Source of the DNA: Archangium sp.
GTDB lineage: Bacteria; Myxococcota; Myxococcia; Myxococcales; Myxococcaceae
DNA length: 64,000 nt
Assembly: GCA_043773025.1 (NCBI GenBank)
Contig: JAYVFP010000261.1
Location: forward strand, 1-64,000
Reading direction: 5' to 3'
A program made the translations under genes and the position numbers. Below the pieces are notes generated by a model. It was not told the origin of the DNA and searched no databases. It worked only from the letters and a program-made list of their open reading frames with translations. Below are positions 19,014 through 28,913 of this stretch, piece by piece (position 1 is the first letter of the stretch; the number at the start of each line of letters is the position of its first letter).

Positions 19014-19944
19014 TCAACTCGCGGAAGCGAGGACCGGTGCCTGGAACAGACTGATCTTGTTACGTCCTTCGCGCTTCGCTCGGTAGAGCGCCTCATCCGC
19101 CGTTCGGACGAGCTGCTCTGAGGTGTTGACGGCCCTCCCCGGAAAACCCGAGACCCCGAACGAGGCCGTGACCTTCAGACCTGAAGGACCCGCTTTGATC
19201 CCCTGCATTTCCGCAACGATACGTTCGGCCACGGTCAACGCGCCGGCGAGGTGGGTCTTCGGCAGCAGCACCGCGAACTCTTCTCCACCGTACCGGGCCA
19301 CGAAGTCGGTCTCGCGAACGGAGGCTTTCACGCACGCGGCCGTGGCGAAGAGCACCTCGTCACCCACCTGGTGGCCCAAGCTGTCGTTCACGTTCTTGAA
19401 GTGATCGAGGTCGACCAGGATCAACGCGAGCGGGTCGTCGTAGCGCTGGGCGCGGCGAAACTCTTCGCGCAGTCGATCTTGAAAGTGACGGTGATTGGCG
19501 ACCTGGGTGAGCCCGTCGGTGACGGCCAGCTCGTGCAGCCGCTCTGATTCGGCCCTGGCCGCTCGCAAGGCCTGGTGCACTTCCATGCGTCGCAGGGCCC
19601 GCGCCACCACCTCGCCCGGCTTGACCGGCTTGACGAAGTAGTCGTCGCAGCCCTGGCCGAACGCTGACGAGCGAACCACCGGATCGTCGGTGTTGGAGAG
19701 CAGCAGAACCGGCGTCTGCCCGCCTTCCGAGCGGAAGTGATGCAGCACCGAAAGCCCACTCTGGGCAGCGAGCTCGACGTCGACGATCGCCACGTCGATG
19801 GGCCCGTCGATCAGGTGACCAAACCCCTCAGAGGCCGAGCGCGCAGTGAGCACCCTGGCGCCCGCGTCTTCCAGCTCACGCACGAGCGGGTCGCCTGACG
19901 AGGTCGCGTCATTGACGACGAGCGCTGTCCAGGCAACCCCCATG
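19014..19944 (-). CDS. response regulator-diguanylate cyclase (REC-GGDEF)
   Basis: REC domain followed by a GGDEF domain with an intact GGEEF active site (RYGGEEFAVLL). Start at the internal ATG (MGVAWT). Confidence 0.8.
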
Positions 19945-19976
19945 GCGGTGGCATAACTCTGTTTTGTCCCCGGCGC

Positions 19977-20798
19977 ATGCTTGGCGCTGTGAAAGAGGTA
20001 TGGGATACGCAGGGCATGGCCCGCCCAAGCTTGAGCCTGTTCTTTCCCGCCTGGAACGAGGAGGAGTACGTCGAGCGCGCGGTGAGCCGCGCCAAGACCG
20101 TGCTCGACCGCCTCAGCGACGATTGGGAAATCATCGTCGTCAACGACGCCTCCACCGATCGCACCAGGGAGATCGCCGAAGGGCTCAGCCGCCGCGACGC
20201 GCGCATTCGGTGTGTCTCGCACGAGGTCAATCAGAAGCTCGGCGGGGCGATGAAGACCGGCTTCTCGTCGAGCACGAAGGACGTGGTCATCTATTCCGAC
20301 ATGGACCTGCCGTTCGACCTGAACGAGCTCGAGCGGGCGCTCCATTTGATGGAGTACCTGGAGGCCGACATGATCTGCGCCTTCCGGTTCGACCGCACCA
20401 GCGAAGGCCCGAAGCGGATCTTGTATTCGTTCGTCTACAACGCGCTGATCAGCTCGGTGTTCGGCGTGGCGATCAAAGACATCAACTTCAGCTTCAAGGT
20501 CGTGCACCGTCGCGTGCTCGAGTCGATCGACTTGAAGGCGCAGGGCTCGTTCATCGACGCTGAGTTGGTGGTGAAGGCCATTCGCAAGGGCTTCAAGGTC
20601 TTCCAGATGGGCGTCGACTACTTCCCGCGCACGCGCGGCATCTCGACGTTGGCCAGCCCGCAGGTAATCGTGAAGATGATCAAAGAGCTGGGCGCGCTCT
20701 TCGAAGACACGCGCAACCCGAAGAACCCTGCCCGGCCCGTGCGGCTGCCCCCTGACGTCGCGGCGTTCCCGTCGAAGAAGGCGTCTGGCTCGCTGTGA
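19977..20798 (+). CDS. family 2 glycosyltransferase (Dpm1/GtrB-like)
   Basis: SLFFPAWNEEEYV...IIVVNDASTDRT...DMD; a DxD-containing GT-A fold of about 260 aa. Start possibly at 20016. Confidence 0.7.
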   Translation: MLGAVKEVWDTQGMARPSLSLFFPAWNEEEYVERAVSRAKTVLDRLSDDWEIIVVNDASTDRTREIAEGLSRRDARIRCVSHEVNQKLGGAMKTGFSSSTKDVVIYSDMDLPFDLNELERALHLMEYLEADMICAFRFDRTSEGPKRILYSFVYNALISSVFGVAIKDINFSFKVVHRRVLESIDLKAQGSFIDAELVVKAIRKGFKVFQMGVDYFPRTRGISTLASPQVIVKMIKELGALFEDTRNPKNPARPVRLPPDVAAFPSKKASGSL

Positions 20799-21640
20799 TC
20801 AGGCTGGTCATCAACGCAGACGATCTCGGCCTTCACCCGCGCATCGACGAAGGAATCTTCGCAGGACACACCGACGGAGTGGTCACCAGCGCCACCGTGC
20901 TGGCCACCGGGCCCACTGCCGCCGAAGCGATTCGCCGCGCGGGCAAGACGAAGCTGGGCCTGGGTCTTCACCTTTGTCTGACCACGCACCTGAGCCCCGC
21001 TGCTCCGGCGCGAGACGTGCGGTGGTTGGCCCCGGGCGGGCGCTTTCGCAGCAACTGGACTGAGCTGTCGGCCGCCTGGCTCGCGCGCCTCATCCCCGCC
21101 GAAGAGATCGTCACCGAGTTCCGTGCGCAGGCCCGCAGGGTTCAAGAGCTGGGCGCGCAGATCGATCACCTCGACACGCACCAGCACCTGCACCTGTTGC
21201 CGGGCATGACGTCGATCGTCGAGGTGCTCGCCGCTGAGCTGGGCCTGCCGATGCGTTGGCCTTTGGAGCGCCCCACCGCCCACTGGTTCGTGCACCCGCG
21301 CTCGGCGATGAAGTCTGCGCTCCTGGGGGCGCTCGCCCGAGCGAAGCAACCGCGGGGCGTGAAGCGTGTGCGCGCGGTCGGCGTGTTCGAGTCAGGTCGG
21401 CTCAACGAGAAGCGGCTGCTCCGGTTGATCGAGAACCTGCGCGACGGCGACAACGAGATCGTCACGCACCCGGGCCTCGAGCCGGGCGTGGTGCCGCAAG
21501 ATCCGAGCTGGCGCTACCAGTGGGAAGAAGAGCTGGCCGCCGTGCTCAGCCCTCGCGTGCGCGACGCCATCGCCGCGCGGGGCATCGAGCTGGTGAACTA
21601 CGCGCAGCTCGAAGCGCCCGCGGTGCCCAAAGTCGGCTGA
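20795..21640 (+). CDS. YdjC/ChbG/HpnK-family carbohydrate deacetylase
   Basis: MIRLVINADDLGLHPRIDEGI...THQHLH: the canonical YdjC N-terminal metal-binding motif. Translationally coupled to the GT2 gene (ATGA overlap). Confidence 0.75.
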   Translation: MIRLVINADDLGLHPRIDEGIFAGHTDGVVTSATVLATGPTAAEAIRRAGKTKLGLGLHLCLTTHLSPAAPARDVRWLAPGGRFRSNWTELSAAWLARLIPAEEIVTEFRAQARRVQELGAQIDHLDTHQHLHLLPGMTSIVEVLAAELGLPMRWPLERPTAHWFVHPRSAMKSALLGALARAKQPRGVKRVRAVGVFESGRLNEKRLLRLIENLRDGDNEIVTHPGLEPGVVPQDPSWRYQWEEELAAVLSPRVRDAIAARGIELVNYAQLEAPAVPKVG

Positions 21641-21649
21641 CGATGCACT

Positions 21650-21672
21650 CCCTCTCCCCCTCGGGGAGAGGG
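21650..21672. repeat. REP-like hairpin CCCTCTCCCC-CTC-GGGGAGAGGG between convergent genes (likely bidirectional terminator)
   Basis: Perfect 10-bp inverted repeat located between the stop of the YdjC gene (21640) and the stop of the TSP3 gene (21683). Confidence 0.6.
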
Positions 21673-21682
21673 AATTGATGGA

Positions 21683-24205
21683 TCACCCGATCTCAGGATC
21701 GCAGCTGCAGGTCGCCTGGTTGCAGATGAACCCAGTGCCGCACCCGCCGCAGTTGCTCGAGCACACGCACGACTTCTGACCGGGATCACAGACCAGCGGC
21801 GCCACGCACGTACCGCCGCACGCATCGCCGTTCGGATCGGCCGAGTTGTCGTTCCAGTACTTGTAGCTGACGGCCACCTGAACACCGGCCGCGCTGGGGA
21901 TGCAGTTACCGAAGAACACGATGCGGCGGGTCGCCGCGTCGATGTCCCAGCCATTGGTGCGATCGCGCGGAATGTCAGCCCTGTTGCAAGTGCCGCGCGT
22001 GGTGGCGACAGCGACCTTGATGGTGGCGGAGATCGGCGGACGCTGCAGCTGCGTGCCAGTGCCTCCGATGACCGCTGTCAGGATTGCGTCGATCGTCGCC
22101 GCCTGTTGCGCGGTCTGCTGAGCCGTGGGGTTGGTCGGGTTGAACAGTCGGATGTCGCCGATGACGCCTCCCGTCGCGCGAATGAGCTGATGGTACTTGC
22201 CCGGGCTGGTCTCACTGGCCGGGTCGCCGCAGTTGCCGCCCTCATTGCAGACGATGCCATGCGCCACCGCGCGGGTCGTGATGCGCTGATTCAAGTACGA
22301 CTGCATCGCAGCCGCCGTGATGCCCGACTGCTCGCTCGTATCGGTGAGGAAGATGAAGTGCGCCTGGGCGTCGGGTCGAAACGGCCCTCCCACCCGTCCT
22401 GCCACTCCGCTCATGAACGTCTGAACGCCGGCAAACCCCTGCTCGCTCCCGTCACCAGCGATGCCAAACGCGCCAGCGCCACTGAACCAGGAGTTCATGG
22501 TGCCGAGGTCGTTCGTCCATTCCTTCTTTGAGCCGGTGTAGCTCGAGGGGAACCAGCCGGTCGACACACCCGCGGCGCGCCAATCGAGACCCGCGGAAGC
22601 CAGCTTGGCCCCAAAGAGACTGCCCGCGTTCGCGACGGCCGTCTGAGAGGTCTCCATCGAGCAGCTGTCGTCGACCACCCACACGAAATCGACCTTCTGA
22701 TTGACAGCAGCCGCGAAGACCTCGCATTGCGTGTTGGCGAAGTCGCCCAGTTGCGCCAGCGCGGTGCCGTTCGCGGTGTCATCCACTCTGAATTGCGTCT
22801 GCGGGGTGTAGAGGCTCGCCGGAATGAGGGCGATCACCACCACCGCGCGCGTAGGGGTGCGGCGCACGTACTCGGCGACCACCTTGAAGGGCCCGTTGAC
22901 GCCCGCCATGCCCGGCAAGAGCCCGGTCGCGTTCATGCCCAGGTAGTTCTGCGCAATGGCGTTGATGCGCGTCTTCAGGTCTGCCGTGCCGCTGACGTCA
23001 TAAGTCGCGCGCACCGAACCTGCAAAGCCGTCCCAGGTCGTAAAGGTCTGAGTCAGCGCGCCCGAGGTACCCGTCATCTTCGATCGGCCATCTGCCTCTT
23101 CTGCGCTGCCGTCGCCGCCCGCAGGGATCTTCGAGATGGCGATGCCGCCGATCTTCGTCGTCGCGTCATAGAAGACGAAGCCCGCCTCTTCATTGCCCGT
23201 GCCGGTGACGCGATTGACGCGGCTGACCTCAGCAAACTCCGGCACGAGCGCCAGTTGCACGTCGCTCGCGCCGCTGGAGTGGAAGGTGATCGGCCGGAGG
23301 TTCTGCGTCGCGCACGCCTGCTGCGCCACGCCCATGCCGTCGCCCATGTTGGTGGGGTTCAGCTCGCCCATGTCGACACGGCCGTTCAAGTTCGTGTCTT
23401 CGGCGCCGTCTTGAATGCCGTCGCCATCGCTGTCTGCGTTGCACGCGTTGGTGGTGACGCCGTTGTCCGCGTCGTAGGTCGCCACCGTGTACCTGCAGCC
23501 CGTGGGATCCGCTCCGACCGGCTGCAGGCCACCCTCGACGCCGTCGGGCAGACCATCACCATCGGTGTCGCGCTTGGTGCCATCGGTCACGCACCCCCCA
23601 GCCATCATCCGCTCCTCGCCGTCAGAATAGCCGTCGCAGTCGGAGTCCTTCTTCACGGGGTCGGTCTCGGTCGGCTGCCTGCGCCCGTCGCGGTTGGCGT
23701 CTTCAGCGCCATCGCTCACGCCGTCGCCGTCGGTGTCGGCCACAGTGGGGTTCGACTTCGAGTTGGTGTCTGCGTCGGCCACGAAGGTCGCGCCGCACGC
23801 GGTCGAGACGGTCGTCGCCTTGCCCATCTCGACGCCATCGGAGACGCCATCGCCGTCAGAATCGGAGTTGCACGGGTTGGTGCGCGCGCCGGTGCCGTAT
23901 TCTTCCGCGTCGGAGAGCCCGTCGCAGTCGGTGTCGCGGGTGAGGTTTGCCGAGCCGAGGGCGGGATCGCAGCCCGTGGTGACGTTGCCGCCACCCGTGC
24001 CCGTGCCGCCGCCATTGCCGGTGCCGCCCCCCAAACCGCCGCCGTTGCCCGGGCCGCTGCCCGTGCCGATCGTCGCGCGGCATTCACCCATCGTGCAGAC
24101 CTGGCCACTCTGACAATCGGTGAAGGTGGTGCACTTCGGAGCCGTCGTGCAGGAACACGCCGAGACGAACGCGCTCGCAAGCGCAACCCAGAACAATCGA
24201 ACCAT
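21683..24205 (-). CDS. secreted protein with thrombospondin type-3 (Ca-binding DxDxDG) repeats and VWA-like domain
   Basis: 840 aa with signal peptide and Cys-rich N-terminus. Many D.DGDG.SD motifs. VWA-like block VDFVWVVDDSCSM. Confidence 0.6.
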   Translation of the reverse strand: MVRLFWVALASAFVSACSCTTAPKCTTFTDCQSGQVCTMGECRATIGTGSGPGNGGGLGGGTGNGGGTGTGGGNVTTGCDPALGSANLTRDTDCDGLSDAEEYGTGARTNPCNSDSDGDGVSDGVEMGKATTVSTACGATFVADADTNSKSNPTVADTDGDGVSDGAEDANRDGRRQPTETDPVKKDSDCDGYSDGEERMMAGGCVTDGTKRDTDGDGLPDGVEGGLQPVGADPTGCRYTVATYDADNGVTTNACNADSDGDGIQDGAEDTNLNGRVDMGELNPTNMGDGMGVAQQACATQNLRPITFHSSGASDVQLALVPEFAEVSRVNRVTGTGNEEAGFVFYDATTKIGGIAISKIPAGGDGSAEEADGRSKMTGTSGALTQTFTTWDGFAGSVRATYDVSGTADLKTRINAIAQNYLGMNATGLLPGMAGVNGPFKVVAEYVRRTPTRAVVVIALIPASLYTPQTQFRVDDTANGTALAQLGDFANTQCEVFAAAVNQKVDFVWVVDDSCSMETSQTAVANAGSLFGAKLASAGLDWRAAGVSTGWFPSSYTGSKKEWTNDLGTMNSWFSGAGAFGIAGDGSEQGFAGVQTFMSGVAGRVGGPFRPDAQAHFIFLTDTSEQSGITAAAMQSYLNQRITTRAVAHGIVCNEGGNCGDPASETSPGKYHQLIRATGGVIGDIRLFNPTNPTAQQTAQQAATIDAILTAVIGGTGTQLQRPPISATIKVAVATTRGTCNRADIPRDRTNGWDIDAATRRIVFFGNCIPSAAGVQVAVSYKYWNDNSADPNGDACGGTCVAPLVCDPGQKSCVCSSNCGGCGTGFICNQATCSCDPEIG

Positions 24206-24269
24206 GCGCGAAGTACCTCCGAAGAGAGTCGACCCGAGGTGACCCGGGCCCCCTTTTGCGGTTCGAAGC

Positions 24270-24923
24270 CTACACGCAGTCTCCTACGAAAAGCACATGC
24301 GCAGTCGTGCTGCCCTTCTTCAGAGAGATCGTCTCACGCACCTTGAAGCCCGCGCGCGCGAGCAGCTCCTGAGTTCTCTCACGCGTTGAGAAGCCCAGAC
24401 CTCCGCTCCCCTTGGTGCGACCGAGCAGTCGCACCATCACCTGCTCTTGCAGCAGGGCTTTGCGGGTTCGCCAGCCGCCGTCGTCTTCCGCTTCTTTGAG
24501 AAGGAGCCGGCCGCCCTTCTTGAGCAGCTGGTGACAGGCCGCCAGAAAGTCGGGCCAGTCGCTCTCGGGCAGCAGGTAGAGCACGTCGCTGACCGTGACC
24601 GTGTCGAAGGTGGCGGCCTCGAGTGAAGCGAGGCGCTCGACGTTCATCACGTCGAAGCGGGTGTTGCCGAGCTTGCCGATCGAGCGGCGGGCCCAGTCGA
24701 TCTTCTTTGGATCGGTGTCGATGCCGACGATCGAACGGTCGGGAAAACCGACCGCCATCAACGAGCAGAGCAGGCCATGGCCACAGCCCACGTCGAGGAT
24801 GCGATCGCCCTTGATGCGCGCGGTGATTTCTTCGAGCGGCGCCGTGTAGAGGCGTGCGCGCACGAAGAGCCGCTCGGGGAGCGGCAGGTCTTTGAAGACG
24901 GCCAGTGACGGGTGCGTGATCAT
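24270..24923 (-). CDS. class I SAM-dependent methyltransferase
   Basis: ILDVGCGHG motif I and downstream motifs. Start at the internal ATG (MITHPSL). Confidence 0.7.
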   Translation of the reverse strand: MITHPSLAVFKDLPLPERLFVRARLYTAPLEEITARIKGDRILDVGCGHGLLCSLMAVGFPDRSIVGIDTDPKKIDWARRSIGKLGNTRFDVMNVERLASLEAATFDTVTVSDVLYLLPESDWPDFLAACHQLLKKGGRLLLKEAEDDGGWRTRKALLQEQVMVRLLGRTKGSGGLGFSTRERTQELLARAGFKVRETISLKKGSTTAHVLFVGDCV

Positions 24924-24936
24924 GATGGCCCGAACA

Positions 24937-27141
24937 TCAGTGGAACTTTCGCCCGGTCTTGACCGACTCGAGGAGCAACGGAGCAGGCGTGAACCGTCTG
25001 CCCAACTTCTCCTGATAGTGCTCGGTGCGCTGGAGGATCTTCCCGTGGCCTTGCGCGTCGGTGTAGCGGAACGGCCCGCCCAGGAACGGAGGGAACCCGA
25101 GCCCGAAGATCGCCCCGATGTCGCCATCACGAGGGCTGCGCAAAATCCCCTCACCCAGGCAACGAATCGCCTCGTTCACCATCTGCAGCGCGCACCGCTC
25201 GGCCATCTCGGAGCGGTCGAACCGCTTGCGGTCCTTCCCCTGCGGCGTGAGCGCATAGATAGAGGTGTCGACCTCGGTCTTCTTGCCGTTCTCGTAGAGG
25301 TAGAAGCCCTTCTGCGCCTTGCGGCCGAGGCGGCCTTCATTCACCAGCCCCTCGGTCGTATCGGGCGCGAGCATTCGTTCCCCGAACGCCGCGTGCATGA
25401 TCTTCGAGACCTTCGCGGCCACGTCGATGCCCACTTCATCGAGCAACGTGATGGGGCCGACCGGGAACCCGAAGTCGACCAGCGCGCGATCGAGCTCGGC
25501 GATGTCGGCGCCTTCAGAAAGCAGGAACGCCGCCTCGTTGAGGTACGGAGCGAGAATGCGCGAGGTGTAGAAACCGACCCCGTCGTTCACGACGATCACC
25601 GTCTTGCCCTGCTTCTTGCCGACCTCCACGCAGGTCGCCGTGACGAGATCGCTGGTGCCCTTGTGCGTGATGATCTCCAGCAGCGGCATCTTGTTGACCG
25701 GGCTGAAGTAGTGCATCCCGATCACGGTCTGCGGGTGCTTGCTGGCCTTGGCGATGTCGGTGATGGGGATCGACGAGGTGTTCGACGCGAAGATGGTCTC
25801 CGGGCCGCACACGCTCTCGATTTCCTTCACCATCTGGTGCTTGAGGGCGAGATCCTCGAACACCGCCTCGATCACCAGATCGACGTTCTTGAAGCCCGAG
25901 TAGTCGGTGGTCGCGGTGACCATCGCCATCTGCTTCTCTGCTTCACGAAAGGTCAGTGAACGGCGCTTCACGCGCTCGTCGTAGAGCCCCCGCACGTGCG
26001 CCATCGCGCGGCCCGCGCCCGCGTCATCCTTATCCTTGATGCGCACAGGCACGCCCTGGAGCGCCGAGCTCACGTAGGCGATGCCCGCCCCCATCAGGCC
26101 GCCGCCGAGCATGCCGATCTTCCGCACCTCGCGCGCCTTCACCTTCGGGTCGTTGACGCCGTTGTCCTTCTTCATCGCGGTGGTGGCGAAGAAGATCTCG
26201 ACCAGGCGCTTGCTGACGTCGTTCATCACCAGCTCGCCGAACGCGGCGGCCTCTGCCTCGAGGCCCGCCTTCATGCCCTTCTCGAGGCCGACCTTCACCA
26301 CCTCGAGCGCACGCTCGGGCGCGGGGTACTTGCCGCGGGTCTTCTTGAGCAACTGCTTCTTCGCCTGGTCGAACAGCAGCTTGCGGCCAAGCGGGTTGTC
26401 CTCGAGCGCGAACTCGGCCCAGGCTTCCTTGTTGGTGAGCCCTTTGAGGATCTCGGGGAACGACTTGCTCGCCGACAACGCAGGCGTGATGCCGCGGCGC
26501 CGCTCGATTCTCAACTTGCCGCTCGCGAGCTCAGCCGCGCGGGTCAGCGCGATCTGCCGGAGGATCGGCGTGGGCACCACCTCGTCGATGACGCCCAGCT
26601 TGAGCGCCTTCTTCGCCTTGAGGCTCTTGCCCGTGAGGATGATATCGAGCGCCGCCTGCGCGCCGATGAGCGCGGGCAACCGCTGCGTGCCGCCTGCACC
26701 GGGAATGAGACCCAGCTGCACTTCGGGCAGACCGATGGAGGTCTTCGGGCTGTCGGTGGCCACGCGGTAATCACACGCGAGCGCCCACTCGAGCCCGCCG
26801 CCCAGACACGCGCCGTGAATCGCAGCGACCACCGGCTTTTCCAACGCGTCGAGGCGATCGAACCCAGCCTGGCCCTGGCGAGACAGAGAGCTCGCTTCGG
26901 CGGCCGTCGTAATCGTCTGCAGGAAGTCGATCTTCGCGCCGGCGATGAAGGTGTCTTTCTTGCCCGAGATGAAGACGATCGCCTTCGCGCTCGAGTCAGA
27001 CGCAGCGCGCGTCATGAGCGACTCGAACTCCTGGCTGATCTGCGGTGCGATGGTGTTGACCGGCTCACCTTCCATGTCGAAGGTGATGACGGCGATCTCG
27101 TTCTCCACCGCGTACGAGAAGTTCTTCGAAGGGGTGCTCAT
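24937..27141 (-). CDS. fadJ: fatty-acid oxidation complex alpha subunit (enoyl-CoA hydratase/3-hydroxyacyl-CoA dehydrogenase), FadJ-like
   Basis: 734 aa. N-terminal crotonase fold, then NAD-binding GMLGGGLMGAGIA, then the 3HCDH C-terminal domain. The thiolase-then-alpha order matches fadIJ. Confidence 0.75.
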   Translation of the reverse strand: MSTPSKNFSYAVENEIAVITFDMEGEPVNTIAPQISQEFESLMTRAASDSSAKAIVFISGKKDTFIAGAKIDFLQTITTAAEASSLSRQGQAGFDRLDALEKPVVAAIHGACLGGGLEWALACDYRVATDSPKTSIGLPEVQLGLIPGAGGTQRLPALIGAQAALDIILTGKSLKAKKALKLGVIDEVVPTPILRQIALTRAAELASGKLRIERRRGITPALSASKSFPEILKGLTNKEAWAEFALEDNPLGRKLLFDQAKKQLLKKTRGKYPAPERALEVVKVGLEKGMKAGLEAEAAAFGELVMNDVSKRLVEIFFATTAMKKDNGVNDPKVKAREVRKIGMLGGGLMGAGIAYVSSALQGVPVRIKDKDDAGAGRAMAHVRGLYDERVKRRSLTFREAEKQMAMVTATTDYSGFKNVDLVIEAVFEDLALKHQMVKEIESVCGPETIFASNTSSIPITDIAKASKHPQTVIGMHYFSPVNKMPLLEIITHKGTSDLVTATCVEVGKKQGKTVIVVNDGVGFYTSRILAPYLNEAAFLLSEGADIAELDRALVDFGFPVGPITLLDEVGIDVAAKVSKIMHAAFGERMLAPDTTEGLVNEGRLGRKAQKGFYLYENGKKTEVDTSIYALTPQGKDRKRFDRSEMAERCALQMVNEAIRCLGEGILRSPRDGDIGAIFGLGFPPFLGGPFRYTDAQGHGKILQRTEHYQEKLGRRFTPAPLLLESVKTGRKFH

Positions 27142-28437
27142 TTATGCACGCTCCAGAACGACCGCTGCACCCTGACCACCCTGAGCGCAGACCGTGACGA
27201 GAGCAGTCCCCAGGTTGCGTCGTTTCATCTCACGCAGGGACTGATGAAGAATCCGCGCGCCGGTCGCGGCGAACGGGTGACCCAGGGCGATGGAGCCCCC
27301 GTTGACGTTGAGCCGCTCGCGGTTCACCTCGCCCAGCGGCGCCTTCCGGCCGAGCTTCTGCGCAAACGCCTTCGACCCGAACGCCTGAATGTTGGAAGCG
27401 ATCTGCGCGGCGAAGGCCTCGTGCATGTCGATGAGCTCGATGTCGGAGAGCTTCATGCCCGCGCGGTCGAGCGCAATGGGCGCGGCGTAGGCCGGGCCCT
27501 GAAGCAGCTGATCACCCGGGTCGGTCGCGGCGAACGCGTACGACTTGAGGAACCCCAGCGGCTCGTAGCCCAGCGCTTTTGCTTTCTCTTCGCTCATCAA
27601 AATGAGGGCGGCGGCGCCATCGGTGAGCGGGGAGGCGTTGCCGGCGGTGACGGTGCCGTAGCGGCGATCGAAGACAGGCTTGAGCGCAGTGAGCGCCTCG
27701 AGCGAGGTGTCTTCGCGCACCAGGTTGTCGGTGGCGGCGATCTCTTTGTACCTGGGGGGCACGGGCACGGACATCACCTCGTCCTTGAAGTACCCCGCCT
27801 TCCACGCGCGCGCGGCGTTGCGGTGCGAAGCGAGCGAGATCTGATCCTGCTCCAGCCGGGAGATGCCGTTCTCCTTGGCCATCTTCTCGGCGGAGTCGCC
27901 CATCGACATGCCCGTCGTGTACTCGGCGATCGCAGGGGGGACAGGAAGCAGATCACGGGCATGGAGCCGCTGGAACGGCTTCAAGCGCGCGCCCAGGTTC
28001 TTTGCCTTGCTGGCGCTGACGAGCGCGTGGGCCAGCGGGCGCGAGGTGAAGATCGGCGGATCTGACATCGACTCGGTGCCGCCGGCGATGCCCACGTGGG
28101 CGGTGCCTTCGGTGATCGAGCGGGCCACGTCGATGGTCGCTTGAATCGAAGTGGCGCAGGCGCGCATCACGGTGTGGGTCTCGATGCGGCGGGGCAACCC
28201 CGAGAGCAACACCAGCTCACGCGCGATGGAAGAGGCCGTCATCGACGGCACCACCTGGCCGAAGACGAGCTCGTCGATTTGCTCAGGGTCGAGGTCGTAG
28301 CGCTGCACCAGTTCCTGCACGACGATGCGACCCAGATCGAGGGCCGTGAGATCGTTGAAGACCGTGTTCGCCTTCACGAAGGGGGTCCGCAGACCTCCGA
28401 TGATCGCTACCCGACGGTTGCCCATTGGAGCCTCCAA
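27142..28437 (-). CDS. fadI: acetyl-CoA C-acyltransferase (thiolase), FadI-like
   Basis: 431 aa with thiolase catalytic regions (..RACATS.. Cys, C-terminal GHP..GA. and CxGGGxG). Immediately upstream of and abutting fadJ. Confidence 0.75.
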   Translation of the reverse strand: MEAPMGNRRVAIIGGLRTPFVKANTVFNDLTALDLGRIVVQELVQRYDLDPEQIDELVFGQVVPSMTASSIARELVLLSGLPRRIETHTVMRACATSIQATIDVARSITEGTAHVGIAGGTESMSDPPIFTSRPLAHALVSASKAKNLGARLKPFQRLHARDLLPVPPAIAEYTTGMSMGDSAEKMAKENGISRLEQDQISLASHRNAARAWKAGYFKDEVMSVPVPPRYKEIAATDNLVREDTSLEALTALKPVFDRRYGTVTAGNASPLTDGAAALILMSEEKAKALGYEPLGFLKSYAFAATDPGDQLLQGPAYAAPIALDRAGMKLSDIELIDMHEAFAAQIASNIQAFGSKAFAQKLGRKAPLGEVNRERLNVNGGSIALGHPFAATGARILHQSLREMKRRNLGTALVTVCAQGGQGAAVVLERA

Positions 28438-28630
28438 ACGAAGACTGCTGCCCCGGCGGAATAGGGCTCACTGATTCACGAGTCAACGAGAGATGACGCA
28501 AAGCGTCAGTCGATCTCGGTGGGGGGGCTTGTGCAGTGTAGGCAAAGCAGGTATTCATCCTTTGCCCCGTCCACAAGACGGAGCCGAGTACCCCCTTTTC
28601 GGGTCTCGATAATGAAAGCAAATCAAGTCA

Positions 28631-28837
28631 ATGGCACTCGGTACTGTGAAGTGGTTTAACGATGCGAAGGGTTTCGGATTTATCAGCCAGGACGGCGGGG
28701 GCGACGACGTGTTCTGCCACCACACCGCGATCTCGGCCGACGGTTTCCGCACCCTCGCTGAAGGTCAGAAGGTGGAGTTCGACGTCAACAAGGGTCCTAA
28801 GGGCCTGCAGGCTGCGAACGTCCGCGTCGTCAGCTAA
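28631..28837 (+). CDS. cspA: cold-shock protein (CspA family)
   Basis: 68 aa. [15 protein letters not shown]...VFCHHTAI: RNP1 and RNP2 motifs. Confidence 0.9.
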   Translation: MALGTVKWFNDAKGFGFISQDGGGDDVFCHHTAISADGFRTLAEGQKVEFDVNKGPKGLQAANVRVVS

Positions 28838-28865
28838 GCAACACGCTTTCTGATGAACCTTCTGG

Positions 28866-28893
28866 GGCTCAGTCTCTTCACCGAGACTGGGCC
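28866..28893. terminator. possible stem-loop between cspA and the convergent amylase gene
   Basis: GGCTCAGTCTC-TTCACC-GAGACTGGGCC. The T-tract is weak. Confidence 0.3.
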
Positions 28894-28913
28894 TCAGTCA
28901 TTTTAAGGGCCGA

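Noticed and set aside
22727-24346. 539-aa plus-strand ORF
   Set aside because: It is antisense to the TSP3/VWA protein gene, with low-complexity R/A/G composition.
25996-28065. 689-aa plus-strand ORF spanning fadJ/fadI
   Set aside because: It is antisense to two well-supported metabolic genes, and a single ORF crossing a gene boundary is implausible.
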